Positions 46,190 to 54,063 are shown, numbered from the stretch's first letter. The stretch is 57,861 nucleotides of DNA from an uncultured Pseudomonadota bacterium (GCA_964453985.1 CAYVQB010000001.1:1-57861), one strand, 5' to 3'. Program-made: numbers and translations. The notes: generated by a model not told the origin, from the letters alone.

Positions 46190-46269
46190 AAATTTCCCTA
46201 TTTTTTAAAATTTGTTATGTTTGTATATTAGTAAAGTTTATTATATTAATTTAAACGAAAGATGTTATT

Positions 46270-46614
46270 ATGTTTACCTTTTTATTTTCAGCTCTACAGG
46301 CAGCCGAACAAACCTCCGCTCCAGCAAAAAGTGCCGGCATGGGAGCTATCGGTATTTTTGCTCAATTATTACCATTTATACTAATCGCTATAATATTTTA
46401 TTTTTTCATAATAAGACCTCAAAGCAAACAACGTCAACTATTAAAACAAATGATCGATAACATAAATATAGGCGACAAAGTTATAACAAAAGGTGGAATC
46501 ATTGGAACAATTTCACAAATATTAGAAAATTCTTTCATAATAAATTTATATGATGGCAGCAAGCTAGAGATACTCAAAAATGCCGTCATATCCATGATTA
46601 ATGACAACCAATAG
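46270..46614 (+). CDS. yajC: Preprotein translocase subunit YajC
   Basis: One TM, then IIRPQSKQRQLLKQMIDNINIGDKVITKGGIIGTI, the YajC signature. Confidence 0.8.
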   Translation: MFTFLFSALQAAEQTSAPAKSAGMGAIGIFAQLLPFILIAIIFYFFIIRPQSKQRQLLKQMIDNINIGDKVITKGGIIGTISQILENSFIINLYDGSKLEILKNAVISMINDNQ

Positions 46615-47710
46615 ATTTCCAGCTTTTCTTTATCCGCTAATAAGCTTAATGGTAGGCATATACTGGCAAGACAGTTATGCCTACTCTTTTTTACTACTAA
46701 TAACAAGTATAATAACCTCTCTTTTGTTTTTGTTCTTTCAACGCACAAAAACAAAAGCTGTATTGCTTCTTACTTGCTCCTTCTGTTTCTTTTCAGGAGC
46801 ACTATTACTTAAAACGCAAAAAATAGTAAACTGCTCTTTTCTAGATATCCTTGCTGATAAAAAAATAAATTTAATTGCAAAAATAATAGATAAGGAACGT
46901 GAAAATATCGGAAACAACAGGACTAGAGATATTCTTAAGCTATCAGTAATAGAAATACAAGAAGATTTACATTTAAAATATCAATCAGCCAAATTCAACC
47001 TACTCTGCTACTCATATACTCCCATAAATGCACAAATAGGCGACTCGATATTAGCCAAAAACATTATCTTAAAAAAGCCAAAACAAACAAGTATAATGGC
47101 ACAAAACAGAAATTTTAACGACTATCTAATAAAAGAAAACATATTAAACTGCGTCTTTATAAGAAAGCTTTATTATAAAATTATCTATTCACCTAAGCTT
47201 AACTTAAACAGGTGGATACAAAACAAAAAACATTCTATCTATTCAAGCCTTAAAGAAAAAATAATGCCAGAGACCTTTTCATTCTTCTCTTCTATTTTTC
47301 TAGGCTATAAGAAGCTCTTGTACTCAAGCAATTTGAGACAAAAATTTGGCTACTGGGGCATATCTCACTATCTAGCTAGGTCTGGCCTGCATATAGTACT
47401 TTTCATCTTACTGTGGAGCTTCTTGTTAGGATTTTTGCCACTAAATATATATATCAAACGAGTTCTTTTATTGTGTGTTTGCCTAATCTATCAAATATTC
47501 AGCTGGATCAGCATTTCTTTCATTAGGGCTTTTTGTGTTTTTCTTATATATCAAACTGGTAAAATATTTAACAAACAAACTAATTTTTTGCACATACTAA
47601 CGCTAGTCTGTTTGATTATTTTGCTATTTAATCCCATGCAATTATTTTTCTTAGACTTTCAACTCAGCTTTGCTTTAACATTTGCATTAGCCTGGCCTCA
47701 AAGTAGTTAG
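46601..47710 (+). CDS. comEC: ComEC/Rec2-family competence channel protein, apparently truncated at the 3' end
   Basis: N-terminal TM plus OB-like region, and the start of the competence domain (GISHYLARSGLHIVLF...FIRAF...LDFQLSFALTFA). It ends soon after the FQLSFA block, and no metallo-beta-lactamase domain is present. Confidence 0.6.
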   Translation: MTTNRFPAFLYPLISLMVGIYWQDSYAYSFLLLITSIITSLLFLFFQRTKTKAVLLLTCSFCFFSGALLLKTQKIVNCSFLDILADKKINLIAKIIDKERENIGNNRTRDILKLSVIEIQEDLHLKYQSAKFNLLCYSYTPINAQIGDSILAKNIILKKPKQTSIMAQNRNFNDYLIKENILNCVFIRKLYYKIIYSPKLNLNRWIQNKKHSIYSSLKEKIMPETFSFFSSIFLGYKKLLYSSNLRQKFGYWGISHYLARSGLHIVLFILLWSFLLGFLPLNIYIKRVLLLCVCLIYQIFSWISISFIRAFCVFLIYQTGKIFNKQTNFLHILTLVCLIILLFNPMQLFFLDFQLSFALTFALAWPQSS

Positions 47711-47718
47711 TTCAACCT

Positions 47719-48159
47719 CTATGAATCATTCTTTTTTTCTCTTTTTACTTTATACACCTCAGGCTCTGCACGAGAAATTATATCTATAGAATAATCTATA
47801 TCTCCAGTCATATAGTGTTTTAAATCAGGATTTATACCCAAAAGAACACCTTGTGATTCTTTATCTAACTTTTTTAAATATTCAGAATTTTTAACTTCTA
47901 TAAAAAGCCAACGCTCCGGCGTTTTCATCATGTGATGATCCAAACGCCTACCCTCGTCAGAAACTCTATAATCCTCCATAGAATGACCAAAATCAAATAC
48001 AACATCATAAGAAAAATCAGGTTCTTTGCAGAAAGCTACCCTAAGCCCTTTATCATCTGTAATTATATAAGATAAAAAATGATCCGGGCTTAATCTTTTG
48101 CCTATTTCTTTAGGTAGTTTAAATTCTAGAAACTCCATTAAATACCCTTCAATCATCAT
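47719..48159 (-). CDS. Small acidic cytoplasmic protein; candidate immunity/antidote partner of the upstream Hint-domain protein
   Basis: 146 aa with no signal peptide. The start overlaps the last 11 nt of the 48149-49081 gene. No family was recognised, so the functional call is by context only. Confidence 0.4.
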   Translation of the reverse strand: MMIEGYLMEFLEFKLPKEIGKRLSPDHFLSYIITDDKGLRVAFCKEPDFSYDVVFDFGHSMEDYRVSDEGRRLDHHMMKTPERWLFIEVKNSEYLKKLDKESQGVLLGINPDLKHYMTGDIDYSIDIISRAEPEVYKVKREKKNDS

Positions 48160-49081
48160 ATCTTACTTTTGTAGAATCATTCTTACCATGTTGTACTTCT
48201 ACTGTTGGTTCATTTCCAGATCTCTCACCAGAATAAGGCCTATTTATAACGTTTGCCCCATGCCTATCTGTGCCTACTTGAATTGTGCCTTTATCTGTTT
48301 TTATTGTACGTACATCTCTTCCTTCGGTGAGTTTTTCAAAATCTTTGCCTCTTTGTTCTTTTCCACCAGGCTTTTTATAAACATCTGAGCTTCCATTCGG
48401 TTTTTTTACAGAATCAGAACCCCTTAAGACATCATCTAAGTCAGAGTTAGGCTTACGGATATTTTCCTCGAGCTTCTCAGCACAATGTTTAACAAAAGCC
48501 CCTGCTATTATTGCACACAAAGCCTTAAGAGAAATAATAGCCAGATCTCCTCCAAAAGTCCAAGTTAAGACTGGAATTGAAAGTGCAAAATTATGGACTA
48601 ATATATGCGTACGCCCCTCAGTAAGGATCAGAAACAGATGTCCATCTTTTATTGCAACCTCATACAATTTGACTTGGTTTTGAAGTCGCTTTTTTAAAAC
48701 ACTTACTACCTTAATATTACCTTTCTCTGGAGAGAACAATATATCTCCAGCTCGAAATTCTTCTGCAGCAACAAAACGCTTGGCTAGCCTATTGTAAAGC
48801 TTTTGCTTTGGGCCAACAGTTAATACATCGTTTTCAGTTTTAATTAATATAATTTCTTTAAGCTTTCTTGATGCCACTACTTCTATCTTCTTTTTTTGTC
48901 TTTCAAATTTGCGCGTTGGAATATTGTAAATTGGAACATAGTCCCCAAATTTTAAATCTTTAGCCTTTTTATAAACCCCATTCCCCATGAAAACCATTGT
49001 TTCCGGTAAAAGCCCAGAAAAAACACTAGTAAAATTTGTAAGCACAAAAAACATTAAAACAATTTTTTTAAAAATTTTCAT
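48149..49081 (-). CDS. Secreted Hint-domain protein with a hydrophobic linker and a basic C-terminal domain (candidate toxin/effector)
   Basis: Signal peptide ...FTSVFSG. Hint block A LLPETMVFMGNGVYKKAKDLKFGDYV. Terminal blocks LYEVAIKDGHLFLILTEGRTHILVHN. Followed by 146 aa that include a Lys/Arg/Gly-rich domain. Confidence 0.7.
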   Translation of the reverse strand: MKIFKKIVLMFFVLTNFTSVFSGLLPETMVFMGNGVYKKAKDLKFGDYVPIYNIPTRKFERQKKKIEVVASRKLKEIILIKTENDVLTVGPKQKLYNRLAKRFVAAEEFRAGDILFSPEKGNIKVVSVLKKRLQNQVKLYEVAIKDGHLFLILTEGRTHILVHNFALSIPVLTWTFGGDLAIISLKALCAIIAGAFVKHCAEKLEENIRKPNSDLDDVLRGSDSVKKPNGSSDVYKKPGGKEQRGKDFEKLTEGRDVRTIKTDKGTIQVGTDRHGANVINRPYSGERSGNEPTVEVQHGKNDSTKVRYDD

Positions 49082-49098
49082 TAAAACTTTTCCTTATC

Positions 49099-50274
49099 TT
49101 AAAGATTATTATATGTAGCAAAAACAACTTCAATAGGATTACCATTAATATCAAAGAACTGTTCTGTATCAAATATTTCTGCACCTCCAGGAACCTCTTG
49201 ATATGATTGCTCTAAGACGTGTTCATCAACCTCATATTCAAAGTCAGCGCCAAAAAAATCAACATCCTCACCCTCACGCCTTTCCGTTTCTACAACAAGA
49301 TCTTCAATTTTTTGATCTATAAAACCATAAGAGCTCTTTGCACTATGAGAAACAGCTTCTGTTGCAACTACTCCAATAAAAATTGTTTTTTTTAATTTTG
49401 CCAGCACAGCCAAGGCCTGAAGAATCTTTTTTTCTACTGCGGCAGACTTTACAACTCCATTTAAAGCTACTTTAGTCTTCGCCGCCGCCCCAGAGCTAGC
49501 AAAAATTTTGTCTACAAATGAGGGCGCATACTTCACACCCAAACAAATTCCATAATATGTAACAGCGGCAAGAGCAGCCCCAGAAACAGCTCCAACCAAA
49601 CACCCTTTTAGCACAGTACTTGATGATACTTTTATCTTTTTTACATATGACTTATAAACTACAAGACTGCCACCAACAACTGCCCCAACAACTGCACCAA
49701 TAATAAGAACCCCAACTATCCCTATTACATTGTGAGTTAAAAGCCTATTTCCATTAGAATCAAGTAGATAAAAAGTACTACTTCTACCTACCGATATTTC
49801 ATATAGATCTATGCTACCTGGAAATTCTACATCTTGAATATCTTTTACTTTGAACTTTTCGTTATTATATCCAAAAAGAAACATGTTTTGCTGTAGATAT
49901 GCAGCATCAATCCACGAAACAGAAACAGACTCATCGTCATAATCACAAGCATCCAACTGTATACAAAATTTTTGATCTGATCCCACCATTATAGAACTTA
50001 TCGCTCCCTTACTAGATTCTAAAACCAACAAAGTTGCACGAGACACAAAGCCTCTATTTAATTTTATTCCAGAAACACTCCCATACGTATGCCTGAGCTG
50101 ATAAGGTGTCGGATTTGAACAAACCACATGATCGCCAAGTTTTAATTCTTTAACAGCACAACAACCATCTTGTCCCGTATAAATAACATTGTCTGGAAGC
50201 AGCCCTGAAAAAACATAGCTTGGACTGAATATAAATAAAAATAGAAAATAATAAAAACATCTAAGCTTACACAC
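49099..50274 (-). CDS. Secreted Hint-domain protein with a glycine-zipper-rich membrane region and an acidic C-terminus
   Basis: Signal peptide ...PSYVFSG. Hint block A LLPDNVIYTGQDGCCAVKELKLGDHV. Terminal LYEISVGRSSTFYLLDSNGNRLLTHN. Then IGIVGVLIIGAVVGAVVGGSLVVY and GCLVGAVSGAALAAV. GTG start. Confidence 0.7.
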   Translation of the reverse strand: MCKLRCFYYFLFLFIFSPSYVFSGLLPDNVIYTGQDGCCAVKELKLGDHVVCSNPTPYQLRHTYGSVSGIKLNRGFVSRATLLVLESSKGAISSIMVGSDQKFCIQLDACDYDDESVSVSWIDAAYLQQNMFLFGYNNEKFKVKDIQDVEFPGSIDLYEISVGRSSTFYLLDSNGNRLLTHNVIGIVGVLIIGAVVGAVVGGSLVVYKSYVKKIKVSSSTVLKGCLVGAVSGAALAAVTYYGICLGVKYAPSFVDKIFASSGAAAKTKVALNGVVKSAAVEKKILQALAVLAKLKKTIFIGVVATEAVSHSAKSSYGFIDQKIEDLVVETERREGEDVDFFGADFEYEVDEHVLEQSYQEVPGGAEIFDTEQFFDINGNPIEVVFATYNNL

Positions 50275-50468
50275 AAAACTCTCCTGTTGGTAATAGAATT
50301 GGGAATAGAATGGAAAACAATTACAAAGAAACTTACTTCTTTTTTAGAAAAAGTAAACATAAAATAAAAATTACTTTGTAACGAATCTATTGAAAAAAAA
50401 GACAAGCCCTCTCTATACTCAAAAAAGTATTAAAAACTTAGATATTAATAAAAAGAAGGGGAGAGGGC

Positions 50469-51836
50469 ATGAAAAAGCTTTTTTGTTCCATAGCAGCAAT
50501 ATTGGCCTATTGCTTCGTTACAACAACAGCAACAATACAAAAACCAACACTAGACACAACAAGTACAACAACCCAAAACCTATCTTCAAACAAAAACCCC
50601 CAAAATAATCAACCAAAAAAAGACTGGAACTTTCTCGTATACATAACAGCAAATAACGATCTTTATAGATTCGCACTAAAAAACATAAATCAAATGTTAA
50701 AAGTAGGCTCAAGCCAACATATAAACGTTATAGTGCAAATGGATACATACGGTAAAAGCGAAGTATGTAGATATTACGTAGAAAAAAACAACCTAATACC
50801 ACTTAACCTGCAAAGCAATAACCTAGAAAGCACATCAGGAACGCCAGAAAGTCTTTATAAGTTTGTGGAGTGGAGCACAACAAACTTTGCCGCAGAGCAT
50901 CAAGCTCTTGTAATATGGGATCATGGCTCAGGAATAGAAGATCCTGCCGGATGGAGAAAATTATGGCAAGGAATTGAAAAGCTAGAAGAAAAAGGCATAG
51001 CCTTCAATGAAATTTTTCAAACCTATATAAACAACCAAGGACTTACAAGCGCTCTTGAGGGAATTTCAAAAAACCTGCTCGCGGGCAAAAAAGTAGACAT
51101 AGTAGCAATGGATGCATGCAACATGGCCATGCTTGAAGTAGGCTCACAAATAAAAGAATACGTAGACTTCATGGTGGGATCAGAAAACGTAGAACCAGGA
51201 ACAGGGTGGAACTACGAACTTGTATTAAAAGAATTTCAACAAAAAACAATGACTCCTGAAGAATTTGCAAAACATATGGTAAATAAATACAGGGAAGCAT
51301 ATTATATATCAGGAATAAAATACACCCAATCAGCTATAAACCTAAACAAACATGCCCAACTAGAACAAAATATCGATACCGTAGCAGGCTTCCTGCTAAG
51401 CTTTCTTTCTAGTAAAGATAAAATAAAAATACTGAATCAAATAAAAAGAATTCGCAACAGCCGAATGCTAACAACTGTATTTCCTGACGACGCCTACACA
51501 AGCAATGGCAACTATATAGACCTGTATCACTTCTACAAAAGCCTTTTAGAAAAACTAAACCAACTTTATCCAAGCATCAAAGATATAGATAAACTTAAAA
51601 GTTTAACTTTTTTTCTATATAATGGCTTAAATATAATATTAGAAAACGTAATAGAAAATGCAGCAAGCCCAAACCTTAAAGACACAAAAGGAGTAGCAGT
51701 ATACTTCCCAACAAACCAAATACATTCTTCATACCCTAAAACAATTTTTGCACAAGACAACCAATGGAAAACATTTTTACAAAAATATATAAAAGAAACA
51801 AAACAGATATATGGAAAAAACAAAAAAATACTTTGA
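50469..51836 (+). CDS. Secreted clostripain-like (peptidase family C11) cysteine protease
   Basis: Signal peptide plus Thr/Asn/Gln-rich linker. DWNFLVYITANNDL, a catalytic-His context LVIWDHGSG and a catalytic-Cys context VAMDACNMAMLEV. Confidence 0.7.
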   Translation: MKKLFCSIAAILAYCFVTTTATIQKPTLDTTSTTTQNLSSNKNPQNNQPKKDWNFLVYITANNDLYRFALKNINQMLKVGSSQHINVIVQMDTYGKSEVCRYYVEKNNLIPLNLQSNNLESTSGTPESLYKFVEWSTTNFAAEHQALVIWDHGSGIEDPAGWRKLWQGIEKLEEKGIAFNEIFQTYINNQGLTSALEGISKNLLAGKKVDIVAMDACNMAMLEVGSQIKEYVDFMVGSENVEPGTGWNYELVLKEFQQKTMTPEEFAKHMVNKYREAYYISGIKYTQSAINLNKHAQLEQNIDTVAGFLLSFLSSKDKIKILNQIKRIRNSRMLTTVFPDDAYTSNGNYIDLYHFYKSLLEKLNQLYPSIKDIDKLKSLTFFLYNGLNIILENVIENAASPNLKDTKGVAVYFPTNQIHSSYPKTIFAQDNQWKTFLQKYIKETKQIYGKNKKIL

Positions 51837-52461
51837 CTATCTAATCAAACAACCTAAAGGCTTTTTATATCAAGACGCAGAAAAAGAAAAAGTAACAGAC
51901 AAAAAGGAAGCCCTAGAAAAACTCTATGCTAAATATAAAAAATGCAAAGAATGCCCTCTTTCCTCCCAAGGACGAACACAAGTAGTATTTGGAAATGGCA
52001 ACCCAAACACAAAACTAATGTTCATAGGAGAAGGCCCAGGAAAAGACGAGGACGCCCAAGGCGAAGCCTTTGTCGGCAGAGCAGGGAAGCTATTAACAAA
52101 AATTATTACCGCCATGGGCTTTGAAAGAAAAGACTTATACATATCAAACGTTGTTAAATGCAGACCTCCAAACAATAGAACACCCTTGCCCCAAGAAAGC
52201 CAAACCTGCAAAAAGCTAATACTTTATAAAGAAATTAATATTATACAGCCCACAATAATTTGTACCCTAGGGGCCTGCGCAACCCAAGCACTTTTGGGAG
52301 AAACCTCTCCAATATCTAAAATTAGAGGTGATTTTATAAATTTTAAAGACAATATCTTAATTATGCCAACCTTTCATCCAGCATACCTACTAAGAAATCC
52401 AGATAGCAAAAAACTAGTATGGCAAGACATGCAAAAGATAATAGAAAAGCTAACAATATAA
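51811..52461 (+). CDS. udg: Uracil-DNA glycosylase, family 4
   Basis: CxxC (CKECPL), GEGPGKDEDAQGEAFVGRAGKLL, VKCRPPNNR and HPAYLLRN motifs. Confidence 0.85.
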   Translation: MEKTKKYFDYLIKQPKGFLYQDAEKEKVTDKKEALEKLYAKYKKCKECPLSSQGRTQVVFGNGNPNTKLMFIGEGPGKDEDAQGEAFVGRAGKLLTKIITAMGFERKDLYISNVVKCRPPNNRTPLPQESQTCKKLILYKEINIIQPTIICTLGACATQALLGETSPISKIRGDFINFKDNILIMPTFHPAYLLRNPDSKKLVWQDMQKIIEKLTI

Positions 52462-52538
52462 AAAAAGAGACCTTGCCATTATTCATATAGCAACACCCAT
52501 AAACCCACAATGGAAAGTAACTTTCTATTTCGATAAAT

Positions 52539-52900
52539 TGTTGATAACTATGTTGATAACCTGTTGATAACTATGTGGATAACTCTTTTTGTGCCTGAAA
52601 GACTCCTGCCACAGGGACCTCTCAACCGACACCCAGAAACACTCCCTGCCAGAGCGCCATATGGACCTGTTTTAAAAGTTATCCACAAGTTATCCACATA
52701 GTTATCAACAGGTTATCAACATGTTTTTAAAAATGAATAGTGCGTACAAAAGGCGATATGCAGCAAAAAAAGGTGAAGTTATCCACAAAAACACGCGCAA
52801 CTACTACTACTATCTTTTATATATATATATTAATTAATAATAGATTAACGAACTTTTGAATATTTCCATAAACGTAATTAATTAAAACTTCACTTTTTTT
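52539..52900. promoter_or_regulatory. Cluster of nine DnaA-box-like 9-mers plus an AT-rich DUE-like tract; candidate oriC
   Basis: TGTTGATAA at 52539, 52551 and 52562. TGTGGATAA at 52574. TTATCCACA at 52679, 52690 and 52779. TTATCAACA at 52702 and 52713. AT-rich 52801-52900 with (TA)6 at 52818-52830. Confidence 0.65.
52550..52722. repeat. Perfect 35-bp inverted repeat (arms 52550-52584 and 52688-52722) flanking a 103-bp GC-rich core
   Basis: The left arm atgttgataacctgttgataactatgtggataact is the exact reverse complement of the right arm agttatccacatagttatcaacaggttatcaacat. Confidence 0.9.
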
Positions 52901-52997
52901 GTTTTTAATTTACACTAAGATTACTGTTAGAGTCTTATTGTCCAAGTTTGTCCAAAGGTTTACCCCCCAACTAAATAATCAAAAAGGTAGCTACAAA

Positions 52998-54044
52998 GTG
53001 AATCTTTCAGCCGTTATAGAATCTCTCGTTGAAGAACGTGGCCTAGATAAAGAGGCCGTTATAGAAATTGTCTGCCAGGGAGTGCATGCTGCGTTTATTA
53101 AGCGCTTTCCGGAGGCAGAGCTCAAGGCTATTTTTAACAGACACGGTGGCAATATTGAGGTTTTTGTCGAAAAAGCCGTTGTCCAAAGCGTTAAGGATGC
53201 CGACACGGAGATTTCTCTCAGGCGAGCCAGGGTTCTTAATACCAAGGTAGAAGTTGGACAAGTAATCACTGTTCCTTTTGAGCACAAAATTGGCCGAGTT
53301 GAGGTCTTGACGGCAAAGAATTTTATCGCCGCAAAGATCAGAGAGCTTGAGCAAGCCGTTGTTTATGAGGACCTTAAGGACAAAAAAGACACCATCGTTA
53401 GTGGGGTTGTTCACAAAAAAGAAAGAGCTGGCTTTGCCGTTAAAATGGGCGAGTTTATGGCTCTTTTACCTCAAGAAAACTCCATTCCGCAAGAGCCGCT
53501 TCGTATTGGGCATCCTGTGAGGGCGCTGCTTAAAGAGGTTTTGCCTTATGCTAGAGGGGATTATCAATTAATCTTAGACAGGGCTTCGGCGGGCTTTGTG
53601 AAGGGATTAATTGAAGTTGAGATACCAGAGGTTTTTGAAGGAGTTGTTGAGGTAAAAAGGATTGTTCGTGCCGCCGGATATAAAACCAAGGCAATTGTTG
53701 TATCCAATAGCAAGGATATTGATCCTGTTGGGACTTGTGTCGGGGTTGGCGGAGCTCGAATTAAGCCTATTCTTAGGGAATTAGGTCAGGAAAAAATTGA
53801 TCTAATTGGCTGGACTGATTCTTTGGAGGATTTGGTGAAAACCAGCTTGAAGCCCGCAGAAATTGATAAGGTTGAAGTTGTTGATGATAAAAAGGCTTTT
53901 GTTTGGCTAAATCAAGATCAACGCTCATTGGCCATTGGTAAGATGGGGCAAAACATAACGTTAGCTTCTCGTCTTGTTGGTTTGGCTATTCAGCTTCAGG
54001 ATATTGTTAACGTAGAAGAAGATAGTATTATTACAGAAGAATAA
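52998..54044 (+). CDS. nusA: Transcription termination/antitermination factor NusA
   Basis: A GTG start at 52998 gives (M)NLSAVIESLVEERGLDKEAVIEIV, a typical NusA N-terminus. S1 region and KH domain (GACVGxxGxRI-type CVGVGGARIKPI). The track start at 52899 is an implausible extension. Confidence 0.9.
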   Translation: MNLSAVIESLVEERGLDKEAVIEIVCQGVHAAFIKRFPEAELKAIFNRHGGNIEVFVEKAVVQSVKDADTEISLRRARVLNTKVEVGQVITVPFEHKIGRVEVLTAKNFIAAKIRELEQAVVYEDLKDKKDTIVSGVVHKKERAGFAVKMGEFMALLPQENSIPQEPLRIGHPVRALLKEVLPYARGDYQLILDRASAGFVKGLIEVEIPEVFEGVVEVKRIVRAAGYKTKAIVVSNSKDIDPVGTCVGVGGARIKPILRELGQEKIDLIGWTDSLEDLVKTSLKPAEIDKVEVVDDKKAFVWLNQDQRSLAIGKMGQNITLASRLVGLAIQLQDIVNVEEDSIITEE

Positions 54045-54063
54045 ATCGACAAGTAGGTTTTTT

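Noticed and set aside
46212-46754. ORFs 46212-46460 (+) and 46434-46754 (-) around yajC/comEC
   Set aside because: They are out-of-frame or antisense overlaps with the well-supported yajC and comEC frames.
50390-50712. ORFs 50390-50608 (+) and 50518-50712 (-) at the start of the C11 protease gene
   Set aside because: They overlap the protease frame and have low-complexity translations derived from the Thr/Asn/Gln-rich linker DNA.
52600-52660. Sigma54-like -24/-12 elements on the minus strand (TGGCAGGAGTCTTTCA and TGGCAGGGAGTGTTTC)
   Set aside because: The -12 GC dinucleotide is missing (TTTC instead of TTGC), and one copy has wrong spacing. Transcription would run into the 3' end of udg. 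The only bEBP-like protein in the window lacks the GAFTGA loop.
52585-52687. Considered whether the GC-rich core is a tRNA, SRP (4.5S) RNA or other known RNA
   Set aside because: There is no T-loop (GTTCNANNC) or cloverleaf, and no SRP GGAA tetraloop or AGCAGC motif. The two halves are direct rather than inverted repeats, so no stable helix forms. It is kept only as an unexplained element in the findings.
52818-52830. (TA)6 microsatellite and nearby CTA-CTA-CTA, checked as a possible CRISPR or tandem-repeat array
   Set aside because: It is a simple short low-complexity tract with no repeat-spacer organisation. It is interpreted as part of the AT-rich unwinding-type region.
52899-52997. 33-codon N-terminal extension of nusA in the ORF track (TTG start); similarly murE 24246-24326 and tpiA 29890-29937
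   Set aside because: The extensions have no similarity to the respective families. Internal GTG/ATG starts give canonical N-termini with better Shine-Dalgarno spacing.
52991-53414. Three overlapping ORFs (52991-53287 -, 53043-53414 -, 53068-53250 +) within nusA
   Set aside because: They are artefacts of the locally higher G+C of nusA. NusA similarity fully explains the coding signal.
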